A stretch of 64,000 nt of DNA, from assembly GCF_009914755.1 (NCBI RefSeq), contig NC_060928.1. The stretch is one strand, 5' to 3'. Origin of the DNA: the human T2T-CHM13v2.0 reference genome, Homo sapiens. The translations under genes and the position numbers were made by a program. Below, piece after piece: positions 38,878 to 54,458 of this stretch; the stretch's first letter is position 1; each line of letters starts with the position of its first letter. The notes below the pieces were generated by a model. It ran no database searches. It was not told where the DNA came from and saw only the letters and a list, made by a program, of their open reading frames with translations.

Positions 38878-39627
38878 TGTTCTTTTTATATTTTTCTATT
38901 TGCTTGCTAATATTTCTTATTTTTTTCATTTTTAAAGAGAATTTGTAACTGCTTGTTGAAGCAGCATTTTAATGCTTCAATAATCTTTGTCAGCTAACTC
39001 AAACAACTGATTTCACCTTAGTACTAATGTGTGTCAATTGCCTTTCTCAATTTGGATATTCTGTTATGACTGGATTCTATTTCATCTTTTTTTTTTTAAG
39101 TATGCACCCCTTATTGAATTATATAACCAGAGTTAGGTGGGTAAGTTCAGCTTTCCAACTGGGTCCTGCCAACCCTACTGCTGGCAAAAGTGGAACAATA
39201 TATTGCCTTTGGAAGATGCTTGAGATGGACATTCAGCTACTGCCAACATCTTCCCAGCAAAAGTGGGATACCTCCTTGCCTTTGAGTTGGGGAGCAAGGC
39301 AGGGAACTGAGCTCCCTACTTAGCCACAGTGGCATCTGGGAGGTGGGAATTAGAAGAGTGACCCACACCTCTTTGTTGCTTAGCATGAGGGGAAAACCTC
39401 AACTACTCTGGAGCCACCTGACATTAAAGGATGGGATGGAGGCAGAAATGCCAACTAGCTTTTACTCCCAATACCTCAGTCACCCTTGTTAATAACTGGT
39501 GAGTATGGAAGTTTGACTCCTCAGTGGACTCCAGTAACACTAATAACTGGGAAAAAATGGAGTGCTGATTTTCTGGGACTCACACTGCCTTATTCAATCT
39601 CTCAATGACTAGTAAGGGTGGAGGCTC

Positions 39628-39828
39628 AGCTCTGCCTCCCTGGTTCACGCCATTCTCCTGCTTCAGCCTCCCGAGTAGCTGAGACTACAGGCGCCCACCA
39701 CCAAGCCCGGCTAATTTTTTATATTTTTTACTAGAGACGGGGTTTCACTGTATTAGCCAGGATGGTCTCGATCTCCTGACCTCGTGATCTGCCTGCCTCG
39801 GCCTCCCAAAGTGCTGGGATTACAGGTG
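39628..39828 (-). mobile_element. AluY internal fragment lacking both ends
   Basis: ggttcacgccattctcc...ccaggatggtctcgatctcctgacctcgtg...gggattacaggtg; no poly(T) and no 5' terminus. Confidence 0.88.
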
Positions 39829-40241
39829 CCCCTGTATAAAATTGCAGTTTATTCACTGACATTTGGCTGGAGTAGAGTGGTTATTGCCAAAAACAGGTTT
39901 CACTGTAAGGCTACCCTTTTCCAAGTCCTTTGCTAAAGAAAACCAGATTTTTTTCTGAGGATTTTTGTCTGTTCCCCTTGCCACTTCCAGGTTGGAGCCT
40001 TCTGCGTTACCTTGTCTGGGATATACGGATAAGAATAAGGAGCCCAGGGAACTCACCTCCCTGTTGTTTCTCAACTCTTGAGGTCCCTAAGCAGTTCATT
40101 TCCTTCTTTCCAACCTTTCAGAGTCTTCCTATACTGACTTTTTGAATTGTGTTCAGGGTTTTTTTTTCTGCTGTAAGAAGGAGATTTTGGGTAAAATGGG
40201 ATACTCCGTCGTTTTCACCAAAACCAGGAATCTCTTGACTG

Positions 40242-40625
40242 TTTTTTGTTTGTTTGTTTTGATGTGTTTTGTAGAGTCAGGGTCTTACTCTGTTTCCCAG
40301 GCTGGAGTGCAGTGGTGCAACCATAGCCTCCATCTCTTCTCTTCACCTCACCAGCGGCTCACACACCCCCATCATCCCAGCACAAGTACAGCCTCGAACG
40401 CCTGGGCTCAAGTGATCCTCCTACCTCAACATCCCAAGTAGCTGGGACTACAGGTGCCCATCACCACGCATGGCTAAGTTTGTTGTTGTTGTTGTTGTTG
40501 CTGTTGTTGTTGTTTTCCATAGAGATGGTGGTCTCACTCTGTTTTGAGCTCTTGACCTCAAGCAATCCTTCCAACTTGCCCACTCATAGTACCGGGATTG
40601 CGGACATTAGCCACTGCACCTGGAC
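40242..40625 (-). mobile_element. AluJ with internal ~60-bp foreign insertion; TSD tcttgactg
   Basis: Antisense AluJ (cagcctcgaacgcctgggctcaagtgatcctcc); tcttgactg at 40233-40241 and 40628-40636. Confidence 0.88.
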
Positions 40626-41012
40626 ATTCTTGACTGCTTTTAAATAATTAATTCATTGGCTCTACCCTGATATCTGCTTTCACCATCCCTCTGAAACAGA
40701 ACTCTAAAGTTTAGCTGGTAATAAAAGACGATAGTTCTCAGTCTTCTTTGTAGCTGAGGGAGCAACATAGTTCTAGCCAATTAAGTTTAAATAGAATTCA
40801 TTAATTCTCTCTTGAAATGTCTTTACAAGGTAAGGGTAGTACCAGTTTTCTTCTTCCCACTTCTGGGATAAAGGCCTAGATGGCTAGAACTCTACCAACA
40901 TCTTGTCATCTCTATAATGCAAGTCAATTATTGAAGATGTCAGAAAAACGCGATAGGAACATGAGTCCCTGATGATATTGGGTAACCATTTCAGATAGAA
41001 AGAAATAAACTC

Positions 41013-41304
<292 letters not shown>

Positions 41305-41325
41305 GCAAGAAAGAAACTCGTAAAA

Positions 41326-42141
<816 letters not shown>

Positions 42142-42632
42142 AAGTCTATCATGGTAGGTCACTTATTTTGTGGGGGGTGTGTGTGTGTGTGTGTGGCATG
42201 TTGTAATAGGCATCTGAACTCAATCGGGACTGAGGGACTTAATCAAAGGAGGGGATGAAAACACTGCAAGGAGCACTAGGATGTAATTGGGCTTCAAAAG
42301 TAATGATCTGAGGCTTGACAGCCACCATGACTATGCCACATCTTTCAGTTCCTCTACACATCAACCTAATTTTCTTTAACCGTAGGCAACATTCTCCACA
42401 TCGTTGAATGATATGGGGCCATCAATACTACCATGTACTATATCCATTCTCAGGGAGGGGCTAAGTCTTTCCTATTAAAAAGAAGATAGGTTACATATTC
42501 CAATTAAACAACTAAAAAAGGAAGATATCTGAGGAGGGTGGGATTAGACATTTCCTGTAAAATGAGATGGAGAAATGTGTGACACATAGTCCCATTTAAG
42601 TCATTTACACATGCTGTTTTACAGTTTCCTAA

Positions 42633-43312
<680 letters not shown>

Positions 43313-45313
43313 AATCTGTGACTAGAGGTAAGAGAGACTGAATTAAATTTTGAAAAGGTTATCTTATTGATTACATCATATATAGTTTTCCTTTTTAATA
43401 CTTTTTGACTCTGCCCTAGTTCTTCACCTAATATGAGTAGACATGAAAAAAAATCTCAGTCTTTTGGTCACTCTCTTTCTACAGAATCCAGACAGCTGAG
43501 GTTAAACAGAACATGCTTAATAAAAAGATTTGCGGAAACTCATGAAGTATCCAGGAGAGCCAGAAAAGCATTCTTGAAGACTAAACTTTTGAAAACACTG
43601 ACCTATCCAGAACCATTCCTGTGAAGATTCTATCACTCTATTCACTTCCACCATCATTACCAGAAAAATGTGTTCTGAGTTACGCATGCTGTATGACATT
43701 GTTGGAATGTAATAGTGTCTGATCCATAGAGCGTAACTTCAACAAGACTGTATAAGCAAGCTTCTGACTTCTGTCTTGGATAGGCAGGACCTGGAAGAAA
43801 GTTCCTTAAACAGAAGATTCTTCAAAAGATATCACAAAATATAGCAAATATCCACCACAGTTAGAAGAATCCAAAAATACTGCCTTAGAGATTACATTCA
43901 GAGTGATGATTTGACAAATTTTCAGTCATTGCATAACGTCGGGTAGTAGCTGGAGAAATACTTGGTATGAGAAATATCTGTAAGGAAATTTCTGGCTCAG
44001 TTGAATGGATAACAACAAATGGAAAGTATCTTCTAATCTGGAACTTCTGAATCTATACAGTTTTTAATCTGCCTAGGCATCTTATTAGAATATCTCAGCC
44101 TCAAAGAAGTAATTCATCCACCAACTCTACTAACCTTTTTTGTTAGAACTTCTTTTAGTGATGGTGACAAACCCCAAAGACAAACCAGTATATAGTATCT
44201 ATCTGCACGGGCACAGAGACAGAGACACATGCATAAACTCAAACTAACACTTGATTTTCTTAGTCAAACAAATTTCATTTTGGTATCTGGTCCAGGGAAA
44301 AATTTTAAATACCAAGGTGAAAACTAATTTCATATTATTTACAATAGTGACTTGATCCTAGTAACTTGGTAAGCTTTGCCTTCTATTTTGTGTCGCTTTT
44401 CTGAAAAAGGGAAAAATAATTCCTCATGAAATTATGAGACTTACTGTTAACTATTCAAATTGGAAGATTTATATAGACAAATTCTAAAAATAGGAGTTGG
44501 AAAGGAATAGGCCATAAAATAAAGGAAATACTTCAGTTTTTGAAGTGGAGTTTGTAGAGACAGGACACAAGTCCAGCCTCATTTATGAACAAAGAAGCTG
44601 AAGGCCACAGAATAAATATTATCACAAACTATAAAGTTAGTAAGCAATACAATTCCTCAGGTAGCACATTTTCCTAAACATGGTGTAATAGAAGAAGTAT
44701 AGCAGACTGTAGTCAAACCTGGGGGATCAAACATAGGCATTTATCTCTGGCTCCTTAGGAAACTTCTAAAATGATAAAACAATACAAATGTTATAAACGA
44801 CATAGACAAAAAGAGCAGGAGAAGAGATGACAGAAAACTGTAGGGGTCAACACTATTTGTAAATCAATTAAATGATAGGGCTGGAGTATCACTGCAGGGC
44901 CTTTTGATTTTACAGGCTATGAACACTCCATTACATTAGATGTTTTACTGTAAATAACCCTCATGTAAGAGGACTTTTGTTCTCAGTTGTCTGCTTATGT
45001 GTAAAAGTCAACACCTACTTGGCACTCTTTCCCTCTTTATAACTAGAGAATTAGACCAACTAAACAAAGGATTTTCAAATTAGAAGTACATAAATACATT
45101 TTATTTTAGTCACACTAACACAAAGCACAAAAACTCATATACACCCAGACACAAGTTTCACAAAAACAACTCACCCTTACTACATTGATAACAATGTTCT
45201 CATTGCCTTGATATTTTCTATATTGTTATTTCCAACTGTGCTCATTTGGTTAAAGGAGTGTAACCAACAGATGTATTTCATAGCTCACTAATGAGCTTGA
45301 CATGAAACTTGAT

Positions 45314-45448
45314 GTAGCTGGAATTACAGGTAGGGACCACCACGCCAGGCTAATTTTTGTATTTTGAGTAGAGACAGGGCTTTACCATGTTGGACAGGCT
45401 GGTCTTGAATTCCTGACCTCAAGTGATCTGCCTGCCTCAGCCTCCCAA
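45314..45448 (-). mobile_element. Alu internal fragment (both ends missing)
   Basis: gtagctggaattacagg...ctaatttttgtatttt...cctcagcctcccaa. Confidence 0.85.
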
Positions 45449-45449
45449 T

Positions 45450-47110
45450 GCAAGATAAATCATTCTACGTACATAGCACTGTATGAACAATACTCCCATT
45501 TCTCTCACTTCTTAATCTTTTTGAGCCGTTTGTTAATTTTACCTTTCACTTCCATATCTCTCCATTATACATTTGTTACTACTCTTTATTTTTCTGTTGT
45601 TAGGTATTCCTTTATTGATTCTCCTGGCCTCCTTCTCTTCTCTACACCTTACCTGTGGCCCACACACCTGCATCATCCCAGCACCAGTGTATTATCACTT
45701 CGATAATACATACATATGGCTTTTACCTTCATCTCATGAAGTAAATGCTTTTCCGAGTTGAACCATGTAATAAGTTGTAACTGCTTTTCCTTTCTTGCAA
45801 ATTTTTTACTGTTGATGTTATTTTCTTTTTAGATCTTTTCAATTTTTAACGTTTTAGCTTTTTACCAATTCTCTAAATCCTCTCCAACAATGACAGAGAA
45901 AACAGTTTTGCCAGCTTTTCTCTTTTGGAGGAAATCTAATTCAGAGCCATTGGACTGCTCCCACCTGGACGGTTTGTCTTTGTCTCTAGGTTTGGCACAC
46001 AGTTGTCCTCCTGGGATTGACCTTCACTGTCACCTTGCTGAGTTCTGATGCCTTTCTTCTGCCACAGACCTCCCATCCCCATACCTGACACCATCCTCTT
46101 TCTCAGAATTTGCCCTTGTTTGGTGGAATACACCATCTAGTAGGTCCCCTTATGAGTGTGCTAAGGGAAGTAAAAATCTTCATTAACAATATCTTATTAG
46201 TGATTTTTATCTCAACTTTCTTGGTTCCCCTTTTCTAGAATTCCTTTAATTTGTGTTTTTAACCTCTTGAACTTTTCAAAAAAAAAGTCTTCGGCCCACT
46301 TTTATGTGTCTGTTCACATTTTCTCCACTCTCAGAGAAAATAATTCCCCTTTTCTCTTCAAAGGCAATTCCTGAATATTATGTTGAGATATGCCTTTCTG
46401 ATATACATATATATATATATATATGTGAACACATATATGTTCAAGAGCTCTTTGTTTCCTCTGACAGTCCCCGATTTTACTGTACTCTGTTCTTGATTGA
46501 TGGTTGCAATATTTTTGCCAATTTTTCCGAGGATGCTAATTATAGTTTTTGAATTATTTTTAAAATCTGCACAAACTTTGTTTCCTCCATGTTACTTTCT
46601 TCTGTTTATCTACTTTCTATGTTTTATTTCAGATGCTTCCTCATATTTCAGATAACTATTTCTTTTAACTCATATACTGGCTGAATATTTTGACTGTATA
46701 ATGGGGCTTATATATTCTGAGTATTAACTCAGGGAGATCTGATTTGGTAATATGCTTCTTAAGTGAATTTTCAGCCAATCCTCTTTATTTTAACTCTCTC
46801 TTCACTTACACATGAAGAAGTAACTGGGTGCCACTTGTTCTGTAGTCTTCTGGGGATGGTGCAGTGTTATTATGGTTTAATTTGCTTCCCTGTTTACCTT
46901 CTAAGGACTCTGTGTTTTGGGGTCACTTATTATTTTCTCTCGACATCTAATGTTCATCATCGGCATTTTGTAGCTGATGTAACCTGCTCTGTTCTTCCCT
47001 TGTTCATTTATGCACCTTTAAAAATCTATTTATCTTTATTTTAGTGTGGTTTTAAGAGAGGGTCAAAGTTAATAAATGTATTCTATTTTCCGTATTTCCT
47101 GAAGTCTTCT
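45450..47110 (-). mobile_element. Highly degenerate ancient L1 (L1ME-like) 5' region
   Basis: T-rich antisense-L1 character ending in a cctgaagtc-type 5' terminus; weak recognition only. Confidence 0.4.
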
Positions 47111-48499
47111 TTTAATATGAAATCATTTTTAATAAAATAAAATATTTGGGGAGTTTCAGAATGAATCATGTCCCTATTTTTAGATTAGTTCCAACCTATT
47201 CATTAGTTTATGAGGAGAAAAATGATTTATAATTCTCCAGAAATTATTATGAAACTATTGATGTTTCAAGATGGAAACACTGGAGATGAGATTTCAGTTT
47301 AGTTTTACAAATTAAAAAGCTCACATAGAAGGTCAGTGTTGTCCATCAGAGCCACGTGAGTATTATGAGCCCTGAGTTAAGCTTACCTTTCTCACCTTAA
47401 AACAAGACAATATATTCATATTAAATATTTCAGTGGTAAAATGAGTCTTCCTGAAACATTTAATAGAACATCCTTTGCCATTGGGAGAATCTTCCTCTTT
47501 TGAAATCCATTGTAAAATGCCTCTTATCTTACTATAGGGAAAAGGAAATCACATTGAGAATTTGAATATTAATAATCAATTAAAATGACATCACAATACT
47601 ACTATAAGTTTAGAAAATAGGTTCTACTGAGTGAATTCTTCAGGCAGATATTATTCACTGCCACTGCTGTCTGGTAAGCTTTGCAACATTTTTATCAGCC
47701 TCACAAATAACTCTCTTGCTCTGTCATACTGGCCTCATCAAACTTCTTTTACATATTGACTTAGATGACAATCAACTCAAAGTAGTCCTTTGAGTTCACA
47801 TATTTTGATCAACAGATAATAGTTCATTAAATTAAAACAAAACAGAAGAAAACTGTATTTGCTTCAAGGGATAAAAGAAATAGAAGAACAATGAGTAGGG
47901 AATATAGAAGCTATGTATGAAGGATTATTTCCAAAGACAAAGTGATACATATCTACTACATAAAAATTCATAATATGTCAATACGATGCAGAACATTTCA
48001 CACTCTCAAATGTTGTAGGTGAGTATAAATGAATCCACTGGTAAATTCAGACTGGAAATGTTCAAGTATAATAGGAGTTTGGGGGTTTGTGCTTCTGAAG
48101 AGAGAAAATGGGTCTTTCATAGGCATAGTATTACTGATCACAGTTACACTAAGTATATTAATTTAATCTCAAGACTTATGAATGGGAGAAGCTTTTGAAC
48201 ACACTTAGTGTTGCTTCAAATATTTAATAATAATTATATTTCAGTATGGTGGTTTTTAAAATATATGTCTGCCCCTAAAATTTTCCAGGTCTGGGGCCAG
48301 AGTACATACAGAGGTCTACATATCATATGTCTAAACATTTTGAAATTATTAATTAAGTTATCCTAAGCTGTATCTGCATTGTTATTCATAATCTGCTTCC
48401 TGTGGATTTTCCTGATGATGTCAAGACTAAAAGAGACATACTCAACTCTGTGTTCCCCAGCCACTACCTACTGAACTCTCTCGTTGCAAATTGAAGGTT

Positions 48500-49240
48500 T
48501 ACCTATATTACTCAATATTAAAATAGTAAAAACTAAAGGAACTAAAGAAACCATTCTTTTCAAATTACAAAAATCATGAACAAAGATTACATAATTAAAA
48601 AGAGAAACTAAATGAAGAAGCAAGGAAGTTTTGAAAATAAAACAATATATAATACTAAAATTAGAACACAGGCTTAAGGCCAACTAAATTGATTATGAAA
48701 TACATGTTAAATGCAATTAATTCACTTTGTAAGAAAAGATTATCAGATTTGATGAATAGCTAAGCTTCAAATTGACTATATCAATAAATTGTCAAAAAGA
48801 AAGAGTGATTCAAAAGGTTGAAATTAAAATGTGAATAAAACCAGGTATATATAAGGAAAAGAAAGCATGGGTTGATATACTAATATCACATAAGATCAAA
48901 TTCAATAGAGAATTGTTTTTTTAAAGTTATATAACCTAACAAGGCTGTATAGCTATGTATAGCTTGATGGGAATATTTAATGTTAATGAAGTCACTGTTA
49001 GAAATATGCAAATAATTACAACAAATCATATTAAATATGTAAACTAAAGAGTAAAGGCAGTATGTGGGAAATCAGTAGAACTTTAATAATACTAAAATAT
49101 TAGTTCTTTTTTCTTAGCCCATGGCCAATCAGGAAGGAAAAATATAAGGTTATAAAAGAGATGAATAATAAAATTTTTAACAGCTGACAAAACATATATC
49201 AACTAGAATGAAGCTTGACCGAATACATTATAGAAACCCA
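48500..49240 (+). mobile_element. Degenerate ancient L1 ORF2 (endonuclease region) remnant
   Basis: aaagattatcagatt...aaaaggttgaaattaaaa...aaagaaagcatgggttgatatactaatatca resembles the L1 EN start. Confidence 0.5.
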
Positions 49241-49249
49241 AATTAAGAT

Positions 49250-49655
49250 TGTCCTTATCTAGCTAGCATAATAGCACATAATAGAATTCCATACATAAGC
49301 ATGTCTCTTAAGGTAGTGTCACATTAATCGGAAACTGGAAATTCTTCCAGTTCTCTGAACCATCCCAAGGTAGTGGCCTTCATGTTATCCCAGATGACTG
49401 TTGGACATGCAGATATCATACTCAAACAATAGAATTGAAGAGGGAGCAAAGAAAGGTATAATAAGGGTATATTTTTCAATATACATTGAATCTGTATGGT
49501 CATTGGTCATTGGTCAAAACTTAAGCATTGGCCCACATCCACCTGCAAGCAAAGCTGAGGAATGTAGTCTTCTAGCTTTAGCAATGTGCTCAGCAAAACC
49601 CAAGATGGTTTTTACTAAGACAGGGAGAATAGATATTGGATTGTATCTATCTACA
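49250..49655. mobile_element. Old MLT1-type LTR
   Basis: tcattggtcaaaactta...ggcccacatccacctgcaagcaaagctgaggaatgtagtctt motif. Confidence 0.55.
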
Positions 49656-50203
49656 TATGATCAACTATCCTTTGAGTATCTATATGTCCATGTGTTCTTC
49701 CATGCTTGCATATACTCAGTCCTTCATAAATGAGCCAAATTTTTGTTCCATCAGCTTAAATTTGTGTTTTCTGAGCAGTGGGCCATCCTCTCCATCAATA
49801 TAAGATATAGCTACTGATATCCTAGCAATCAAATAATAGACATGATATCTTCCCTCTGTACATCCAATGTACAATGATGGATGAGTAACAGAATAACCAA
49901 ATAAAAATTCCCAGTTGTAAAAGGAAAGCACAGAACTTATTGGTCAATAGCTGCCAGCACTTGAGCTTTTTCCTAAAGGATTAACTGATTTGATTATTCA
50001 ATATATCTATTTCTATCTCCTCTCTGAGAGAAAATGTCTTGTTGTCTTGCAAGGTTCTTTCCTTTGACAGATTTTTTATTGTCATTTATCTTCCCTAGCC
50101 CACTTTAGGGCAGATATTGGTACTGGAAAAGGCCAGGGGACCAGAGGAATGATTTAGGGGCTGGCCACCACAGGCTGCTTGTTGCTATCCAGATGAGGAG
50201 TAC

Positions 50204-51270
50204 TTAAGTCTTTAATTAATTTTGAGTTGATTTTTGTTTATGATATAAGGTAGGGTCTCAGTTTCATTTTTGTATATGTGGATATCTTGTTTTTCCAATA
50301 TCATTTGTTGAACAGATTATTCTTTTGCCATTGTGTATTCTTGGACCTCTTTTCAAGGATCTGTTGACTATATATATGTGGGTTTATTGCTGGGCTCTCT
50401 ATTCTGTTCTGTTGGTCAAAATTTTGCACCACAAAGGAAACAATCAGCAAAATGAAAAGGCAACCTACAATATTCACAAACTGTATATATAATAAGGAGT
50501 TGAATTCTAAAATGTTTAAAGAATTTCTACAAGTCAATAGCAAAAACTCAAAAAAAAAAAAAAAAGAATGGCCAACGGACTTGAGCAGACATTTCTTCAA
50601 AGAAGACATCAAATAGCCAACATGAATATGAAAAAGTGCTCAATATCATTAATTTTCAGAGAAATGCATATCAAAACTATAATCAGATGTCACATCACAC
50701 CTGTTAGGATGTCCGTTGTAAAAGAACAAAGATAAGTTTGCAGGAGTTTGTGGAAAATTGAAACTCTGTTTATGCACTGTTGATGGGAACATAAAATCGT
50801 GGATCATCTACAAAAAAAAAATAGTATGTACTTTCCTCAAAAACAATCTCACATAATTCAGCCACATAATTCAGCAATCTCACTTCTGGGTATACATCCA
50901 GAAGAACTGACATCAGGATTTTAAGGCGATATCTGCACTCTCATGTTCACAGCAGCATTATTCACAATAGTCAAGACATGGAAACAGTACCAGTCTATTA
51001 ATGGATAAATAAAGAAAATGTGGCATATACACATAATGGAAAAACATTCAGTCTTAAAAAAAGAAGGAAATCTTGTCATTTGTTACAATGTGGATAAGCC
51101 TAGAGGACAGTATGGAAGGAGAAACAAACCAGGGACAGAAAGAAAAATAGATAGCATGATTCCACTTACATGAGGTATCTATAATGCTCGAACTAGTAGA
51201 AGCAGAAAATACAATTGTGGTTTACAAGGACTGTGAGAGGGGAGAATGGGGAGTTCTTCCATGGGTATAA
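50204..51270 (+). mobile_element. L1MA-type 3' fragment with inverted 5' segment (50204-50417 antisense, 50418-51270 sense)
   Basis: Antisense part encodes DQQNRIESPAINPHIYSQQILEK...QWQKNNLFNK (L1 ORF2). It abuts sense aaaattttgcaccacaaaggaaacaatcagcaaaatgaaaaggcaacct. Confidence 0.85.
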
Positions 51271-52922
51271 ATAAAAGAGAAAGAGAGAGACAAAGATATG
51301 ATTAACCTTAAATGTACAACTTTGAAAAGTACACATTTTTATAATGAATGAATGAAGCGATTATCTCATAAAAACTTATAAAGAACCAAAAAAGAACAAA
51401 AGAAACCCAGGAAAGCCCGTTGAAACTATAAAGCAATATAAAAATATTAATTTAAAAAAACGGAATTGATAAATAACTTTAGAAATGTTTGGGTAAACAT
51501 GGAAAACATCTAGGTAACCTAATCTAGGAATACAAACAAGAATAATGCTCCAAAGTTGGCCTCTGACTATATAAATAGTCGCATATTCTGAAGAAAACAT
51601 GTTAGTAATACAAATATCTTTAGCCCCTTTGTAGGCAAATAAATTTAAAGAATTTAGAAGAAACTAATGATTTTCCATAAAAATATAAATCACCATTACT
51701 GACCACAAAAAGATAAAAAAAATTATAATCTATACTAAAAGTGCTAACTGGCACAAATGAAATTGAAAAAAATGGCCTGGTAGGGGTTGTTACATGGATT
51801 AATTTTCCTCAAATTTTCTAGAAGCAGATAATTATAAAGTTAAGTAAGTATTTGAAAGTTAAAGAATGGAATCTTGTGGGTGCCAGCATAACACTGATTT
51901 AAAAATCTAATACCTCACTCATCATATCAGAGTACATCTTGGGTGTATCAAACATTTAAATTATAGAAACAGAATCTTTAAAAAATGTTTATTGACTTTG
52001 TAATCTTAGAATGGGGAACACATTGTTTAGCATAACCAAAGTCCAGAAAGCAAAAACATCAAAATAGTTAAATTTGATAACATTAAAAGAAAATAATTTT
52101 TAGGCAAAACAAATTAAGCATCCAAAACAATAGCAAAAACTGAGAGAAAATATATTTGATACACACAACATAGGATCAATTCATTTATTATGCAAAAAAA
52201 TAAGAAAATGTTTTACAATTCAATGGAAAAAAGATTAAATTGATAGGTACAGAATAGAAAACATCTAATTTAAGTGAGTTTAAAAAATTTACTTAGTGCA
52301 TCATATGTTAAACAGAAAATAAATATTATCATGCTTTAAGCATTCAATGGATGTTAGCTAAATCTATGGACAAAAGATGGGGGTATTTTTTAAAGAGTTC
52401 CTTTAACATATATAAGACATACTATAAACTGCTCAGTAACTCAAGAAAGAGGGAGAAAATTAGTTTATCTACATACTTAGTAGATACTACATACTACATA
52501 CTTTGTATGTAGATACATACATATGTAGATACATACTACATAGTTTATCTCAACTAACAAGTCTTCTTTACCAAGTTTCTGTACCATTTTAGAATTTTCT
52601 TCGTATAAACATTTACTTTTTTCTTATATTTTGGAAATGTATGGTATTGTTGTTCAGGGTAATGCTACTGTTATTGTTAATCCTGTTTCAAATATTGTTT
52701 CTAATTGATTGTTGATGGCTGTAGTAAATCAAATAAGTTAATTGTAAATAATGACAGTTATTTCTTCGTCATTTGATAAAGTTATGTCCTTGTAGTTTAC
52801 ATGACTTTTTCATGATGTTTATGTATTTAAATTGGGTAGGATCTCTAATAAAATACTAAGTAATACTGGTGAAAGGAGATTTTGGTGTTTTTTCCTCTAT
52901 TATGTAATGATAATTTATCTGT

Positions 52923-53265
52923 TGTCTTTTTACATTTTTGCTGTTATAACAGAATACCTTGGACTGGTAGTTTAAGAATGGCAGAAAATTTGTTTCTCAG
53001 ATTTCTTGAGACTTGGATGTCCAAGATCAAGGTGCTGGCAGGTTTGCTTCTCTGGTGAGGGTTGCATCCTCCAGAGGGAAGAAACACTGTTCCTCGTGGA
53101 GAAAGCTAGAAGGGCAACAAAACAAGCTAGGAGAATACTGCATGAAGCCTCGTTTATAGAGTCTTAATCCCATTCATGAGGGATAAACCCCTCAGGGTCT
53201 ATTCACTTCTAAAAATATTATGACATTAGCAACACCTAAATTTTGAAGAGGACATATTCATATGT
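52923..53265 (-). mobile_element. MST/MLT1A-type MaLR LTR
   Basis: tgctgttataacagaatacc...tccaagatcaaggtgctggcagg...taatcccattcatgaggg...aattttgaagaggaca. Confidence 0.8.
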
Positions 53266-53609
53266 CAGTGAGGACGTATAGTACTCACTATTTCTTCATT
53301 AAATATAATGATTGTTGTAGATAACTGATTTTTATGTTGACATGGTTTTCCATCTAAATACAACAATTTTCACATATTTTTATCAAAAGCTTTTTAACTT
53401 CACATGATTCTCCGTCTTGTCCCCCAAGTTTTCATGTGGCAAATTAAACAGACTTCTTATCACATGGGGATAAACCATGATCAGTTATGATTTATTAATG
53501 TGTTATTTAATTTTATTTTCTAATATTTTAGGTTTAGATTTTATTTTCACAAGGGAGATTTCTCTCCGGGATTTTCATGTTTAGAATTCAAGTCAGAATC
53601 CTCCTTCAC

Positions 53610-54458
53610 GTGTATCAAACAAATCAACAAGAAAAAAACAAATAATCCCATAAAAAAGTGGGCAAATTCCATGAACAGGCATTTCTCAAAAGAAGATATA
53701 CAAATAGACAACAAATGTATGAAAAAAATGTTCAGTATCACTAATCATCAGGGAGATGCAAATTAAAACCACAGTGAGATACTACCTTACTCCTCTAAGA
53801 ATGGCCATTATTAAAAATAATTAAAAAAAAGATGTTGGCATGGATGTGGTGAAAAAGGAACCCTTAAACATTGCTGATGGAAATGTAAATTAGTACAACC
53901 TCTGTGAAAAACAGTATGGAGATTCCTTAAAGAATTAAATCTACCATTCAATCCAGCAGTCACACTACTGGGTATCTATATAAAGGAAAAAATATCATTA
54001 TATGAAAAAGATACATGTACATGTATGTTTATTGCAGCCCAATTCACAATTGCAAGATATGGAACCAAATTAGGTGGTCATTGATCAACAAATGGATAAA
54101 GAAAATGTGGTATACATACATCACGGAATACTACTCAGCCATAAGAAGGAATTAAATAATGTTTTTTACAGTAACTTGGATGGAGCTAGAGGCCATTATT
54201 CTAAGTGAAGTAACTCAGGAATGAAAAACCAAACACGGTATGTTCTCACTTATAAGTGGGAGCTAAGCTGTGACTACGCAAAGACATGCAGAATGATGTA
54301 GTGAACTCTGGAGACTTAGAAGGGGGAGGGTGGGAGAGCAGCAGGGGACAAAAAGCTACATATTGGTAAAATCTCAGAGCTACCACTATATAATTAATCC
54401 ATGTAACCTAAAACCACTGGTACCCCAAAAGCTACTGAAATTTAAAAAATATTAAATA
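53610..54458 (+). mobile_element. L1PB 3' end with 15-bp TSD agaat(c/t)ctccttcac
   Basis: ORF2 C-terminal remnant plus PB-type 3' UTR (gtgggagctaagct...aaatctcagagctaccacta...taccccaaaagctactgaa); TSD at 53595-53609 and 54459-54473. Confidence 0.9.
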
